This document shows, piece after piece, positions 51,275 through 63,831 of a stretch of 64,000 bases of DNA. A program made the translations under genes and the position numbers. The stretch lies in contig CM120640.1 in NCBI GenBank assembly GCA_051362555.1, positions 46,292,788 to 46,356,787 on the forward strand. The letters are read 5' to 3'. How positions within the stretch are numbered: position 1 is the stretch's first letter; every line of letters begins with the position of its first letter. The notes beneath the pieces were generated by a model. The model saw only the letters and a list, made by a program, of their open reading frames with translations. It searched no databases and was not told the DNA's origin. This DNA comes from Lingula anatina. Taxonomy: Eukaryota > Animalia > Brachiopoda.

Positions 51275-51891
51275 GCATCAGCAAGACAAAGATATATGGC
51301 ATTTATAGAAGAACAGAGACAGAAAGCACAAAGTGAAGAAACCACCAGAAAGAGAAAAGCTATAACAGATGTCTCTGAACAATTGAAAGCAAAAAAAGAC
51401 GAATCAGATATTGATGCATTACAAAGGTCTGCTGACAAATATGCTGAGCAAGCTGAACAAAGTAGAACTCTGACTTTTATCACTAAGTCAAACAGAAGAG
51501 CTGCTAAATCAAAGAAAGAATAGCTACGTAATATTTCTTCTGATCTAGAAGAGAAGTTGAACAACTAAGGAAATAGTCATAAAATTTAATGAGAATAGCT
51601 GGTATGGGTAAAGGGGTCATTTCATTTATTTGTTACATCTAACTATAATTTATATTTGGAATCCAAAGCATAAATGAAATAAATCATTAATTGGCCTTAT
51701 TAGCCATTTTTAATTGATACATGTAGATGTTTACTCCTGAAATAATTTTTGACCTAAGGTGTATGAACCCTGTCTAAAGACATTGTGACTTTGCAGTTAA
51801 CTCAAGAGTGAGATCATCTGAGAGAAAAAAAATCCTGTCCATATTATCTAGCTTTAATTGATTTGACTGAAACACAAAATCTGATAACTAT

Positions 51892-52504
51892 TGTAACGAT
51901 TTTACATAGCTTAAATTCAAAAAAAATTACTGCAGTAAGCTACAGCCTTTTGTTTACATTCGGCTAGTGTGTTGTTGAACTTTGAACCTGAAGTTGGAAT
52001 GGCTTGTAATTGGTATCAGTTTACTAAAGAGGGGATTGCAGTGTCCAGTAGAGGGGTTGGTGGTCAACCATTCAAGGCCGTCCACTTTTCCTCTGCCTGC
52101 CAGTCAAAGTAGCAGCGAACCATTCAAGGCCATCCACTTTTGAAATGTATAAATACAGCTGCTCTATGCAGTGTAGGCAGTATAGTGTCAGTACTTAGTT
52201 TGAGTTAGTTTCACAGTAAAGTGTCAGTTTTTAGTCTGAGTATAGTTGCAGTCAGTTTTCAGAGTTAGTTTGTTGAAGTAGCTGTTACAGTAGTTGTTCA
52301 AGTTAGAAGTACAGCAATACCGCAAGATAACCAGAGACAGTGTTTAGTTAAAGAGACAGAAACATGTACATTTGACTTGAGAATTATTCTTAGAAATAAA
52401 GATTACAAAACAGAACCTTGTTTTGTTGGTGGCAGCGATTTCATTCATTTTTTAAAAGAACAAAGAGAACCATACACTGGTGGCAGAATAACGAGACCTT
52501 TACA
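51892..52504 (+). mobile_element. Solo LTR (613 bp, Gypsy-like), copy 1
   Basis: CTAT|TGTAAC ... TTTACA|CTAT (TG..CA, 4-bp TSD); internal TATAAATA and AATAAA. Confidence 0.75.
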
Positions 52505-52710
52505 CTATTTTGTGTATGTATTTCCAGATTGGAGATGGAATTTTTTAGCCATCAGTTTTCGGTGGAAATTCTTGCATGTCAAAGTTAAACCAAGCTGGAA
52601 TGCTGAACAAACATTAGCAGCCAGCTTGGCTAAACACATGTTCAGTCCATAAATACAATTCCCAGACTTGTTAATTAATTTAGAAAATTTATGAAAAGGG
52701 ATTTTTTGTT

Positions 52711-55700
52711 AAAAGGCACTCAAGGAAAGTCAAACAAAGAATGCGGCAAGTGATAGGGAGGTCATGGGATTCAAGTTAGTATGCAAACTGTTCATGATGA
52801 AAACCTCTGAAAAGTTCCTACATAAGTGTCCAATTTCCTATTCACTGGTTCGGAACATGTCTGCTCTAAACCCAAGGGAAATGGCAGCTGATCCAGATGC
52901 ATGCAGAATCAAATTTAAGAAAGTTCTGAACCTGTTAGCAAGTGCAAACAGAATAGATGCAAATGATAGTAACACAATTATGGGTCAGTTTGATAGATTT
53001 CTAGATAATATCCCAGTGTGGGATTTACCCCAGCTTTTGCAAACCTTCCAAAATATGAGGGAAAAGCGCAATAGTGACAGGAACTCATTTTTTGTAAAAA
53101 AAAAGTTCAAAGTGGTGGACAAAGAATTCGATGTGAATGTAAGAACATTTGTATATAAATGTTTTAGGAAGGTTGAAATTGAACAGACTGATACACCAAA
53201 CGTAGCATGCTCAATATATGTGATTTTGATATAAAATAGCCTCTAAGCAGTCTAAGAATTTTAGATAATTTAAAAGATTAAAGGAAATATTGTGATATTA
53301 GATAAAGAAATTAATATAGTGTTGGTGTGATCTAATCTACCAGAAAAAAAGCATTCATGCCTTGCATCAAACTCGGAATAAAGAGTCTTAGAGAAAAGGT
53401 CCCAGCTAGAGCACCTGTACCCATTCTTTGTATTAATTAGTAATGCCCTCTGTTAGCATCATATTATCTTTTTTCTTTCTTGTAAATTATTGTACAATTC
53501 AAGGTGGATGGGCCAGTGGTACAGATGCTTTCTGATGAGCAACTGATAGAAATAGGGATCAATGCCTTGGGCGATAGGTGCCTGCTGCAAGGATTCACCA
53601 CATCTGCTGTCACCAACCCTCAGGCTGAAGTGGACGGTAAGGAACAGGATCAGAGGCAGAATCAGGAGAGAAGGCAGCAGCTATTGGACATGTTATGGAG
53701 GGGCCGTGAAAAATGCCCAGGGAGTAGAAGCTGTTGTCCTGCAAAAAGACCAGGCAAACCAAGACAGTCAGAGAGGGTCATCCAATTCGGGATGCGTCTG
53801 CTGAAAGACAAAAATCAAGACGGTGAAATGGGTTGCAGTCACCAAACAGTTAGATCCCTATTGGGAGATAAAAACACCATAGCAATGAAATTACTGCTCT
53901 CAACTATCTACCAACTAACTACCAGGAATTGTTGTTGACACTTTCTTCCCCTCTAACACAAACCCAGTGGTGGTTGGGCGAGAAAATTTCAACTATGAAA
54001 TCGTGAACGGCTACAACATTAACGTGAAAGATGGTTTGATGGAAAGCTTTCTGATCCAAATGTTCATAAAGGAGCACCTGATCCCCGGCTCGGTGAGGCT
54101 GTATCAGTTATGTAAGCCAAATGCATGTACTAGTGCCACTTCTACGTTTGTCCCATTGGAAACTGAGCACTAGGACGAAGATTCACTGAAGGACTTTAAA
54201 TTTACAAGTCCTAGCTTTGAAGTTGCCTTCAGAACTCGGACTGGATCCGGAGCTTCCAATGAAAGCAGTGAGGCCATTGCTGAAAGCAGTGCTGCCATTG
54301 GGAGTATGAGCGACGTCAGAGGCAGTGTAAGATGCCCCAATAACCTTGAGCAAAATATATAAGTTTACACTATACTTTTATTTACTGTATATGAATGTAT
54401 ATGAATTTTGCTAGGGTAAAAAGTATTTTTCTCCGACTTTCCAACTTATTATCCTCTTTTCCGAATAGTCAGCATAATCCAGTAACAATTTAAAAAAAAT
54501 TAATGAAATTGAACTTTTGGCCTAGTAGCTAATTAGAACTTTTAAGATGGTTGCCAGTGTCGGGTCAGTATGTTTGTAATTTTGAGATTTGTTTTCGATG
54601 TTTAAGTATGATAGAAGAGTCTCAGATAAGTTCAACATGAACGACTCTATATATGTTTCAGGCAATACTCAAGTTTACTTGTTATCAGCGATGACAGTGA
54701 GAATGAAGATAATGAAGATCTTCGCACCGCCATTGCTGCTAGTCTGGAAGAAAACAGGTACTATTTACTATTCTTGTTACATTTTGTTTGACCTATCTGC
54801 ATATTATTATTATTGAAATGGAGGATCAGCCTTCTGGTTCATAGGTTATTATTTTGATTGAGGTTATCATGTAAAGTACTTCCTAAAAATACGGCATATG
54901 GTCACAAAACTCCAAGTAATAACCTTTCATTTGGAAGTATCTACATTGCTCTGATTTCCATTATTCTAAGATTCTAAACAAAAGTCAAGGAGATGATGAT
55001 GATGATTTCTTATCTTTTAAATCTTAATATTTTTCACTTTGAATGTTGTGAAATGATTTCGTACCCAATAGTGACAATAGATCACCCCCTCACAGCTGGA
55101 GCCCTAATCCCAGGCGTACTAACATTTTTATGTACCCATCCAGATTTCTTATGCTAGTTCTAGCAAATCCTATAAGTTTCTAGTTACCACTTCTAATTGG
55201 TGTAGAAGAATTTCAATTTAAATTAAATTTAAATTTACCAATTAAAAAATTTGTGAAAAAATAATCGCTGTGGTAATCCCAAAGAACAAGCCTAAGTTAT
55301 GGGTGAACAACACACACCAACGCGAATCAAATACTTTATAGTTTTGTGCTTGAAGTAATTCTTATTAGTTCAATGGATTTTTTAAAACATCTTGGCATGA
55401 ATATGAAATTATGTTATTTTAAATAATATATTTTCAGGCCTGTCGAGTGAAACATACAGGAGCTGCTCCTTGAGTTAAATGCTCAAGTAAAGCAGGACGA
55501 AGGCCCCAATATACTTCATACTGCCAGGTCCAAAATCCTGGAGGGAGCCCCCAGAGCATTTCTGAGAAAAATATTCCTGCCAGACAGGCCAATGTCTGTC
55601 AAGTTCATGGATGACATTGGAATGTCAGAGGGGGCCATAGACGAAGGGGGACCAACAAGAGAGTTCTTTACTTTCTTACTCATAGCATGAAGAACCATGG

Positions 55701-56670
55701 CATGTTTGCTGGCCCTGATGGAAGCAAGAATATTGTGCCTTCCCAACCTGGTGGGTTTTAAAAATGTTATCAAATGCTAACAGTTCTCCCCTCTCTTACT
55801 CTCATCCACCTTTTATTGGCACCAGTTTCAGAAGATCTTAGAAAATGATAAATCTGAATTAAAACAAATACAGCTGCAGTTTAAGACTCATAGAGGGTGC
55901 CTATCACTCGACTATATATCACTTATATATTTTAACATTGCACATTTTGTGTATTAGTATTATTATCATTTCTTACAGTGATAGAGTAGGACCTGTACTA
56001 GCAGGTAAATATGGAATAAAATGCCGGTTCTCAGTGAACCGGCAAATTGAAGACAGCAACATGAAAGAAAAACTGTGGAAGCTCAGAGGCTCATTTGTGA
56101 TCATATAGCCGACGTTTGGGGGCATACAACATGTTGAACTCTAATCAGCTGTTAGTGTCTGCAGCATCAGCAAGACAAAAATATATGGCATTTCTAAAAG
56201 AACAGAGACAGAAAGCACAAAGTGAAGAAACCACCAGAAAGAGAAAAGATATAACAGATGTCTCTTAACAATTGAAAGCAAAAAAAGACAAATCAGATAT
56301 TGATGCATTACAAAGGTCTACTGACAAATAATTTTATATGCTGAGCAAGCTGAACAAAGTAGAACTCTGACTTTTATCACTAAGTCAAACAGAAGAGCTG
56401 CTAAATCAAAGAAAGAATAGCTATGTAATATTTCTTCTGATTTAGAAGAGAAGTTGAACGAACTAAGGAAATAGTCATAAAATTTAATGAGAATAGCTGG
56501 TATGGGTAAAGGGGTCATTTCATTTATTTGTTACATCTAACTATAATTTATATTTGGAATGCAAAGCATAAATGAAATAAATCATTACTTGGCCTTATTA
56601 GCCATTTTTAATTGATACATGTAGATGTTTACTCCTGGAATAATTTTTGACCTAAGGTGTATGAACCCTG
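52711..56670 (+). mobile_element. hAT-like transposon fragment, copy 2
   Basis: ORF 52764-53234; RFSVNRQIEDSNMKE...AQRLICDHIA at ~56025-56110 (~ERxFS dimerisation motif); TIR ending 56670. Confidence 0.7.
53504..56010 (+). pseudogene. SAM - UIM - HECT (G2E3-like) E3 fragments, copy 2 (more complete)
   Basis: SAM exon from 53504; exon 54662-54757 encodes EDNEDLRTAIAASLEE (UIM consensus); HECT exon 55438-55750 (MDDIGMSEGAIDEGGPTREFF) with an in-frame TGA; canonical splice sites retained. Confidence 0.72.
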
Positions 56671-56789
56671 TCTAAAGACATTGTGACTTTGCAGTTAACT
56701 CAAGAGTGAGATCATCTGAGAGAAAAAAAATCCTGTCCATATTATCTACCTTTAATTGACTTGACTGAAACACAAAATCTGATAACTAT

Positions 56790-57403
56790 TGTAACGATTT
56801 TACATAGCTTAAACTCATGGAAAAATTACTGCAGTAAGCTACAGCCTTTTGTTTACATTCGGCTAGTGTGTTGTTGAACTTGGAACCTTAAGTTGGAATG
56901 GCTTGTAATTGGTATCAGTTTACTAAAGAGGGGATTGCAGTGTCCAGTAGAGGGGTTGGTGGTCAACCATTCAAGGCCGTCCACTTTTCCTCTGCCTGCC
57001 AGTCAAAGTAGCAGCGAACCATTCAAGGCCATCCACTTTTGAAATGTATAAATACAGCTGCTCTATGCAGTGTAGGCAGTATAGTGTCAGTACTTAGTTT
57101 GAGTTAGTTTCGCAGTAAAGTGTCAGTTTTTAGTCTGAGTATAGTTGCAGTTAGTTTTCAGAGTTAGTTTGTTGAAGTAGCTGTTTCAGTAGTTGTTCAA
57201 GTTAGAAGTACAGCAATACCGCAAGATAACCAGAGACAGTGTTTAGTAAAAGAGACAGAAACATGTACATTTGACTTGAGAATTATTCTTAGAAATAAAG
57301 ATTACAAAACAGAACCTTGTTTTGTTGGTGGCAGCGATTTCGTTCATTCTTTAAAAGAACAAAGAGAACGATACACTGGTGGCAGAATAACGAGACCGGT
57401 ACA
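56790..57403 (+). mobile_element. Solo LTR, copy 2 (duplicated with its flanks)
   Basis: CTAT|TGTAAC ... GGTACA|CTAT; near-identical to 51892-52504. Confidence 0.75.
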
Positions 57404-58203
57404 CTATTTTGTGTATGTATTTCCAGATTGGAGATGGAATTTTTCAGCCATCAGCTTTCAGTGGAAATTCTTGCATGTCAAAGTTAAACCAAGCTGGAAT
57501 GCTGAACAAACATTAGCAGCCAGCTTGGCTAAACACATGTTCAGTCCATAAATATAATTCCCAGACTTGTTAATTAATTTAGCGTCAGACTATTTCAACT
57601 GCCTCACAGACAGACTTAACAAGTAAATACATTCTGCTTATATGTCACTTACATATCTTTGTTATGAGTGCTAATTAGATATTTTATGATAATTAGATAT
57701 TATTTATAGAAATGTAATTACTGCTGAATAAGATTGTTCATCAGTTGGGGGGTATATTTCATAAACCAATCCCTTACTTGTCATGTTAATATTTTAGTGC
57801 TAGAAATGGAGAGAATGTCGGAGAAAATGGATGAACCTCAGAATATTGAAGGTGGTAAGAGTGCGACAGTGACAGAAACAGGTTAGTGTGCATGAGTCGG
57901 CAGTTGCTAATGCAAATTATTGAGCAGTAACAACAATATCCATTTTCTCATTCTTTTTTATATCAATTTTACTTTATTTTATTTTATTATCAATTTTATT
58001 TTATTTTAACACAGTAAACAGTATTTGTTTTGCAGATGCATGCATGCATTCATTTACATGTCCGATGTATATTTATATATATACATACATTTATTCTTGC
58101 TAGTTGTACTCCAGATTATATAACAGAACTCATAGACATTACAAAATACCTTGTCGTACAAAAAGCAGAAGCCAAGCAAATACGTCAACAATTTACTCAA
58201 GGA

Positions 58204-60477
58204 TAGGGGGGGTCCATAATTCCAAAAATATGTCAAAACCAGCTAAAAAGTTCCTTACACACCTAAAAACAATATTTCAAATGTTCTTTTTGAAAGATCA
58301 TTGATAACTCAGCTGCTACTTGCATTTTATGATTACGCGATTTTTAGCATTTTAGCGCGATTTTCAAGATTTTCTACTATTTCGGGACTGTCTTCCTACA
58401 ACATGAATGAAAGTTATATGGGCCTGACAAGTTATTTCAAACTCACCAAAGCCAAATAGATGGATTTTTTATTTGGTTTTTAAGAAATTTGTGTAAAAAG
58501 TTTATTTGAAAGGTAGCTAAATACTCAAAATCATGGCGGCATTGACACCTTATATCAATAACATCATCATGGTAATTCATTATTCATAGTTTTGATGACA
58601 TTTCTCATGATTTCATTATCTTTTTAGGGTATCTATACTGTATAACTGAAAAACGAGCTAGAGAATGATGGCATCTAGCTTGTCTTGTAAGAGATCGATG
58701 CTCTGGCATTGGAATATATGAGAATAGTTGCTGCTGTTGTAGCATTTAAGTTTCATGCCATAACAATATCCAGGGGTGCAACACACAGCAAATTGAAAGT
58801 TAAGTTTCAATCATTACATCTAGAGCTGAGTAGAAATGAGGTACATGAGAATTTCTTTCGGCTAGATGCTCCTGAGTTTTCCTGTTTCAACCAAGAATTA
58901 TTCTAGAAAGTGAAAGATAAATATGGCCTATATGTAGTTGAGAGTGTGAAACGATGTGCTAGTGCATATCTGAATGAGTGCATAGCTTTGACAAAGAAGA
59001 TATTACCAGAAATGGCAAAGGTTCTGGCTATGCAACGCAGAGAATACTATCGATTTGGTGAATATCCAGTTGAATATTCTGTGTTTGATCAGCGTGAAAA
59101 CATGGATGAGACCCCTGTCCACAACCTTCAAATGGAACGGCAGTGTGGTGACACTGATCAAAGATTGAGGAAGAAACCAAAACTAGAGGCTGTGGCTTGA
59201 GGCACTGTGCTAAAAGAAACTAGCAAATTAAGGAAAACTGTTTCTACTGAATACCGGTGTAACATGAAAATCTGCCCCCCCCCCCCCCCCCCCCCCCCCA
59301 GTCAAAATTTCATAATGAAATTTTGACTCCCCCCTACAAACCTGTATAAATCTTATTTTAATTTTTTGAGTATATGACTTCTACAACCCAAAGACTCCCC
59401 TATGAAAAAGCTATTTATTTGATATTTGATGATCATTTCAATACCTTTCCAGTATACTTTATTAAGAACATATTGGAAATATTAGAAAGTTTGATTGTAA
59501 AATATTGGGTGAAAAAAATGAAAAAAACATCTTGAAAAATCTCCATTTTCATATCCATGGTATTTGGACTCTCATGAAGACAAAACCCCATTTTATATTT
59601 AGTTATCATACCATTATTTTCCACATAGTTTGCATTGTGAAGTATATTTTGTTAGTATTTGAAAGTTTGGTGGTAAAAAATAGGTCAAAATTGAAATGAT
59701 CACCAAATATCAAATAAACAGCTTTTCCATAGGGGATTCATTGTTTGGTAGAATACACATTTTTAATTTTCTTCTATTCTCATGAAAACATTTACCTGCA
59801 AACTAGCAAAAAGTGCCAATGTATCCTCTATCATGCATAGCACAAGATAAAAGTCATATACTCAAATAAAATAAGATTTATAAAGTTCTGTAGGGGGAGT
59901 CAAAATTTCATTGGGGGGGGTCACATACGCTAGAGACACATCTCTATCACTGCCAAAATGTAGTCCTGTTTTCAGGATATTCAATATTAATGGAGGGAAG
60001 AGAAGGATGTTAACTCTAGAACAGTTTAGAATGAACCTGAAAAAGTTGTTGGGAAAAAAGAAAGAAAGATCCACCATAACGCTAACTGACAAGCTTCCAA
60101 AAAGCATTGAATTCTTAGTGAATTGAATTCTTATTGAATTCCTGTCTTTTTGAACTTATTATGAATCATTATCTAGGTGATGGAACATTCAGTTTAGTTT
60201 TCATATGCATTTAGTCTGTCAGAATTGTTAGTCACAATGAAATTTGTGTTAAAATGTAAGCATAATCATTGATATGAAAAACCATCATATCTTACAAAAT
60301 ACAGAGTTTAAGTATTTTTGGCGATTTTTCTCCAAAATACTAAAACCCAAGTAGCAGCTCTGATAATAGAGATAGACTAATTTGGTTTTTTGCAGTTTGT
60401 TTTTAAGATGTATAAGCATCTTTTTAGGTGGTTTTGGCAATGTTTTGGGGAAAAGGGTTATCTAAGGACCCCCCCTA
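58204..60477 (+). mobile_element. Internally deleted TIR DNA transposon of uncertain superfamily
   Basis: Imperfect ~140-bp TIRs starting TAGGGGGGGTCC / ending GGACCCCCCCTA; internal broken ORF with TPVHNLQMERQCGDTD (DDE-type catalytic Glu context) and C-terminal LTLEQFRMNLKKLLG. Confidence 0.65.
59254..59920. mobile_element. Fold-back element nested in the above, right end truncated
   Basis: ATGAAATTTTGACTCCCCC.TACA..TATAAATCTTATTTT and CCCCTATG.AAAAGCT.TTTATTTGATATTTG.TGATCATTTCAAT recur as reverse complements at 59690-59912; the element interrupts the ORF. Confidence 0.7.
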
Positions 60478-61865
60478 TTATTATTGTATTTAGGTTACTG
60501 TAACTATCCATTTCACATACAGATTTAGCCCCCGATTATTTGAATACCTGCATTGGAGCTGTAGGCCCTATAAATTAACCAAACCAAAATAGTTGTGCAA
60601 AACTGTGCATGTTCACAATGATGATAAAACACTATTTAGCCGTAGGTGTTATCAACAGAGGGTAACGTTAAGAACTGCTGCTATTACGACACATCTGGCA
60701 GAAACAACTTACAGCGACTAGGGGAGCCCACCCGGCTTACACTAATTACATTTAGCTTGATCACACGAAGAATATGTAGAAAAAGCTTTATAAACTACCT
60801 CTCATCTTTTCTTCGCTCCATGAATATGGAACATGCAACTTTGTTGTCCATATGCTAGTGAAGAAGTGAATGCTTAAACTGGTCAAAATGTTAGATATAA
60901 ATCTTAGCACTTAGAACCCTATTTTAATTATGGCACATCTAGTAACATATATATATATATATATATGCTTTATTCATACTTTCTGCACCAAACTGACCTG
61001 GTGAAAATGAACAATATTTTAGCAATAGGATTTATAAGATTTATAGGATAGACAGAAACGAACATAGATAATCCTGTTGAGAAATGAGATGAACTGCGTC
61101 GCTTAAGAATTATTCATGCCCTGTAATAGTTGGGGATATTGTTTGATTTTGAGAAGTTTGAACGGTAATTCTGGTTTTTCCTTCTTTCCTAAATGCACTC
61201 TGTTAAGTAAAATCCTTCAACGTCGTTGCGTTAGTGTTCAAACAATTCCTAAATTGTTATTATTTCTTAAATGAATTAAAAATTTAAACATTCCACAAAG
61301 TAAGGTAAAACATTCATCATAAAATAATGAACATCTCTTCATTCAAAGCCCACGGATTTACACGCCTTAGGACTTTTCTTTTTAATGATTCAAAGCGCAT
61401 ACAACAAAATAATTAAAAGTAGCATCTCACACTACATATGTCAATTAATAACCCCTTTAGTATCCGTTACGTAATGTTCAACCTTGTTGCGCTCACAACA
61501 ACAATATATGGGCTTTTATTTACTCTCTTGCAGATTTCCCAGCCCAGGTGGCTCAAGCACAAAAAGAACATTAAGGCATCCTGCCGCGTCCGCTAAATAA
61601 CAACCGTAAACAATTAAACAATTACTGTCTAATTCCAGATTACTATCTGCCGCTAACGAAATAATAACTAGTCCCATCACAAGTGTGAACTTGTATCAAG
61701 GGGTTGCTTAAGCCAAATATCTTATTTGTCCAATTGCCAAGCAGATTTGAAATAGATAACTATTGGTCACTCAACCCCCTAAGGCTGTCGTCTCCCACGG
61801 CTAATAAAAAGAAGACGCAGCTGAAACGCCAGCTACTCTGTACTAGGACTTATTCAGATTACAAC

Positions 61866-62146
61866 ATGCTTTCGTTGCAGCAAATTTCATCCACAACTTC
61901 ACCTCATCCGTACGCGTCAAGGCTGAAAGTCAAAGTTGTAGCCACCGCTGATACAACGTCGTACACAGACAAAAAGGGAACATTGAAAGAAGTCACCGAA
62001 GTCGGCATGGCCGACAAAACTGGCGCTAGAAAAATGTCTCTCTATGGAGCCAAACAAAAGCTGGTAGTGTTGGCGTGGTACATCATACAGCACTTTTTTG
62101 TCCGAGATGGTATAATCAGGTGCACGGATGCCACAAGGATTTTCAG
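61866..62146 (+). CDS. Orphan exon encoding an OB-fold (RPA/SSB-like) domain
   Basis: LKVKVVA...SYTDKKGTLKEVTEVGMADKTGARKMSLY fits the OB-fold beta1-beta3 pattern (xADxTGxxKxxLY); ends at CAG|GTAAAC donor; no next exon identified. Confidence 0.55.
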
Positions 62147-63831
62147 GTAAACATTAATTTAATATGTACAAAATATGTATGCCTTAATTTCATTGATCAC
62201 CCAAACTCAATATAGAGGTGTAAAGAAGGTTGCAGGTATGCTCTTAAAATGTTTGTCTAATTGCAAAATATACTTGATTATCATAGCGTCCGATATAAAT
62301 AAGTTTGTATCAACGTTTCACTCTCTTGGGACTATAATTGATAAATAATCGTAACTAACCAATACTCGTACGGAAAGCATATTTTTTGACTTGCTAGGCC
62401 TTTATCAAATTTGATGATTTCTAACACTTCATGCACATATTATTCTATCGAAATTTCGCTTTCTCTTAAACTTGGGCAACAACGATTAAGTGATAAAAAA
62501 TAATGAAAAATTGATGTCACTCTCAATCCATTCCATTTTAATTTTGGATATAAAGCCTGTAAATTGCACTTCTATATTGGGTGTGTGTGAGATACATAAG
62601 TTAGGCTCCTGTTAGAATCACTATTAATTTTGCAGGCACACCTTTGAAATGTTCTCCTTTGATCATTTCAAAAACTGAATACCTTTCTTGCGTGCTAAAT
62701 TTGAAATTGTGGTACATTACCTAACTTTCGAATAATTTCGTACAGAAAACCAATTTTTGACTAGGTAAATCTTTATCAAATTTTGATGATTTCTAACATT
62801 TTTTTGCTCACAATATACCAACTTAATTCTGTTTTATCTTAAATTTTTGACCACAACGTAAAAGTAGGCCTAAATTGAAATTCATGCTTACAGGTTATAT
62901 TTTCGTATTTAGTTATGTTGTCTAGTATCGTTCATATTAAATAATAAGAAGCGCTTTAAAAATGATTCTTACAAATTTAATGCTCATGCAATAATCTGTA
63001 TAGGCCCTAATCATTCTCAAAGATTGAACATTTTCCTGGCATGATAAGCCTAAATTGTTGAACATCTAAAAATGTTAATGTGCAGATTCCGAACTATATT
63101 TGATGAGCGTCCGGCATCAATAACTTGATATCGACGTTTCACTTTCATGCAGCTATGCATGATAATATAATGCGTCTTCTCACCCAAAAAATAAGCATAA
63201 TGGCCGTCACGATTGCACAACGTCCAGCAGTTAAACAGTCTTATCACTTTGAAAATAGCATCATCACTGATTTTGTCCTTACATTTAATTTCGCAAAGAT
63301 AACATTGTAACAAATTTTGACAATTTTCAATAAAAAACAGTTTCTTGTTTTGAATCACTTTCATTTGCTTCTCACTGATTATTAAAAAAATTTCAAAAAT
63401 GCACCATACCGATAGATAAGCATTTATTACTGTAATTCACTCCTGATCCGAATATAATATCTGTAATGTGAAACTAGCATAGAATCAAAATATATTTGGC
63501 GATCAGAAACATGTACATTTTTCGGGGGAAAAATTATATAGTATTGAATATGACGCAAACCCGTAGCGTTACAATTAAAATAGTTTTACATTACTTCATG
63601 TTCAATTTTATCATCACTTAAATGCATAATTGTTTTTTTCCCGTAAATTGATAAAACAGACTGAAATGTCGTTAGAAACGATTGACGATGCGCAGAAATT
63701 GCGCTAGTCGTCAAATAACGTAACGGCCGATGCCCTAGTCAAATATAGTTGTTCTATATACGTTTAAAATAAATGAATATCTCTCTAAATTCTTCCATTT
63801 TAATTTTGGATAATAAGCCTGTAAATTGCAC

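Larger units (their letters stand above)
48100..51772 (+). mobile_element. 5'-truncated hAT-like DDE transposon, copy 1, interrupted by SAM/HECT exons
   Basis: PLKFCSRKWLENIPVCDRALSIW (~hAT TRW motif), LQPFLVSYQTSKPM, helical C-terminus at 51296-51560, terminal GGTGTATGAACCCTG (reverse complement CAGGGTTCATACACC, hAT-like TIR) ending 51772. Confidence 0.7.
48439..57582 (+). repeat. Tandem segmental duplication: unit 1 ~48439-52683, unit 2 ~52682-57582
   Basis: Paired near-identical ORFs (48527/52764, 49336/53504, 52377/57276); junction ...TTAATTTAG/AGAAAATTT.TGAAAAGGG; unit-specific indels. Confidence 0.92.

Noticed and set aside
52377-52652. 91-aa ORF present twice
   Set aside because: Spans the LTR end and flank; repeated only because of the duplication.
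51892-57403. Intact LTR retroelement carrying a HECT cargo between two LTRs
   Set aside because: Each LTR has its own CTAT TSD and identical flanks on both sides, with no gag/pol: a duplicated solo LTR.
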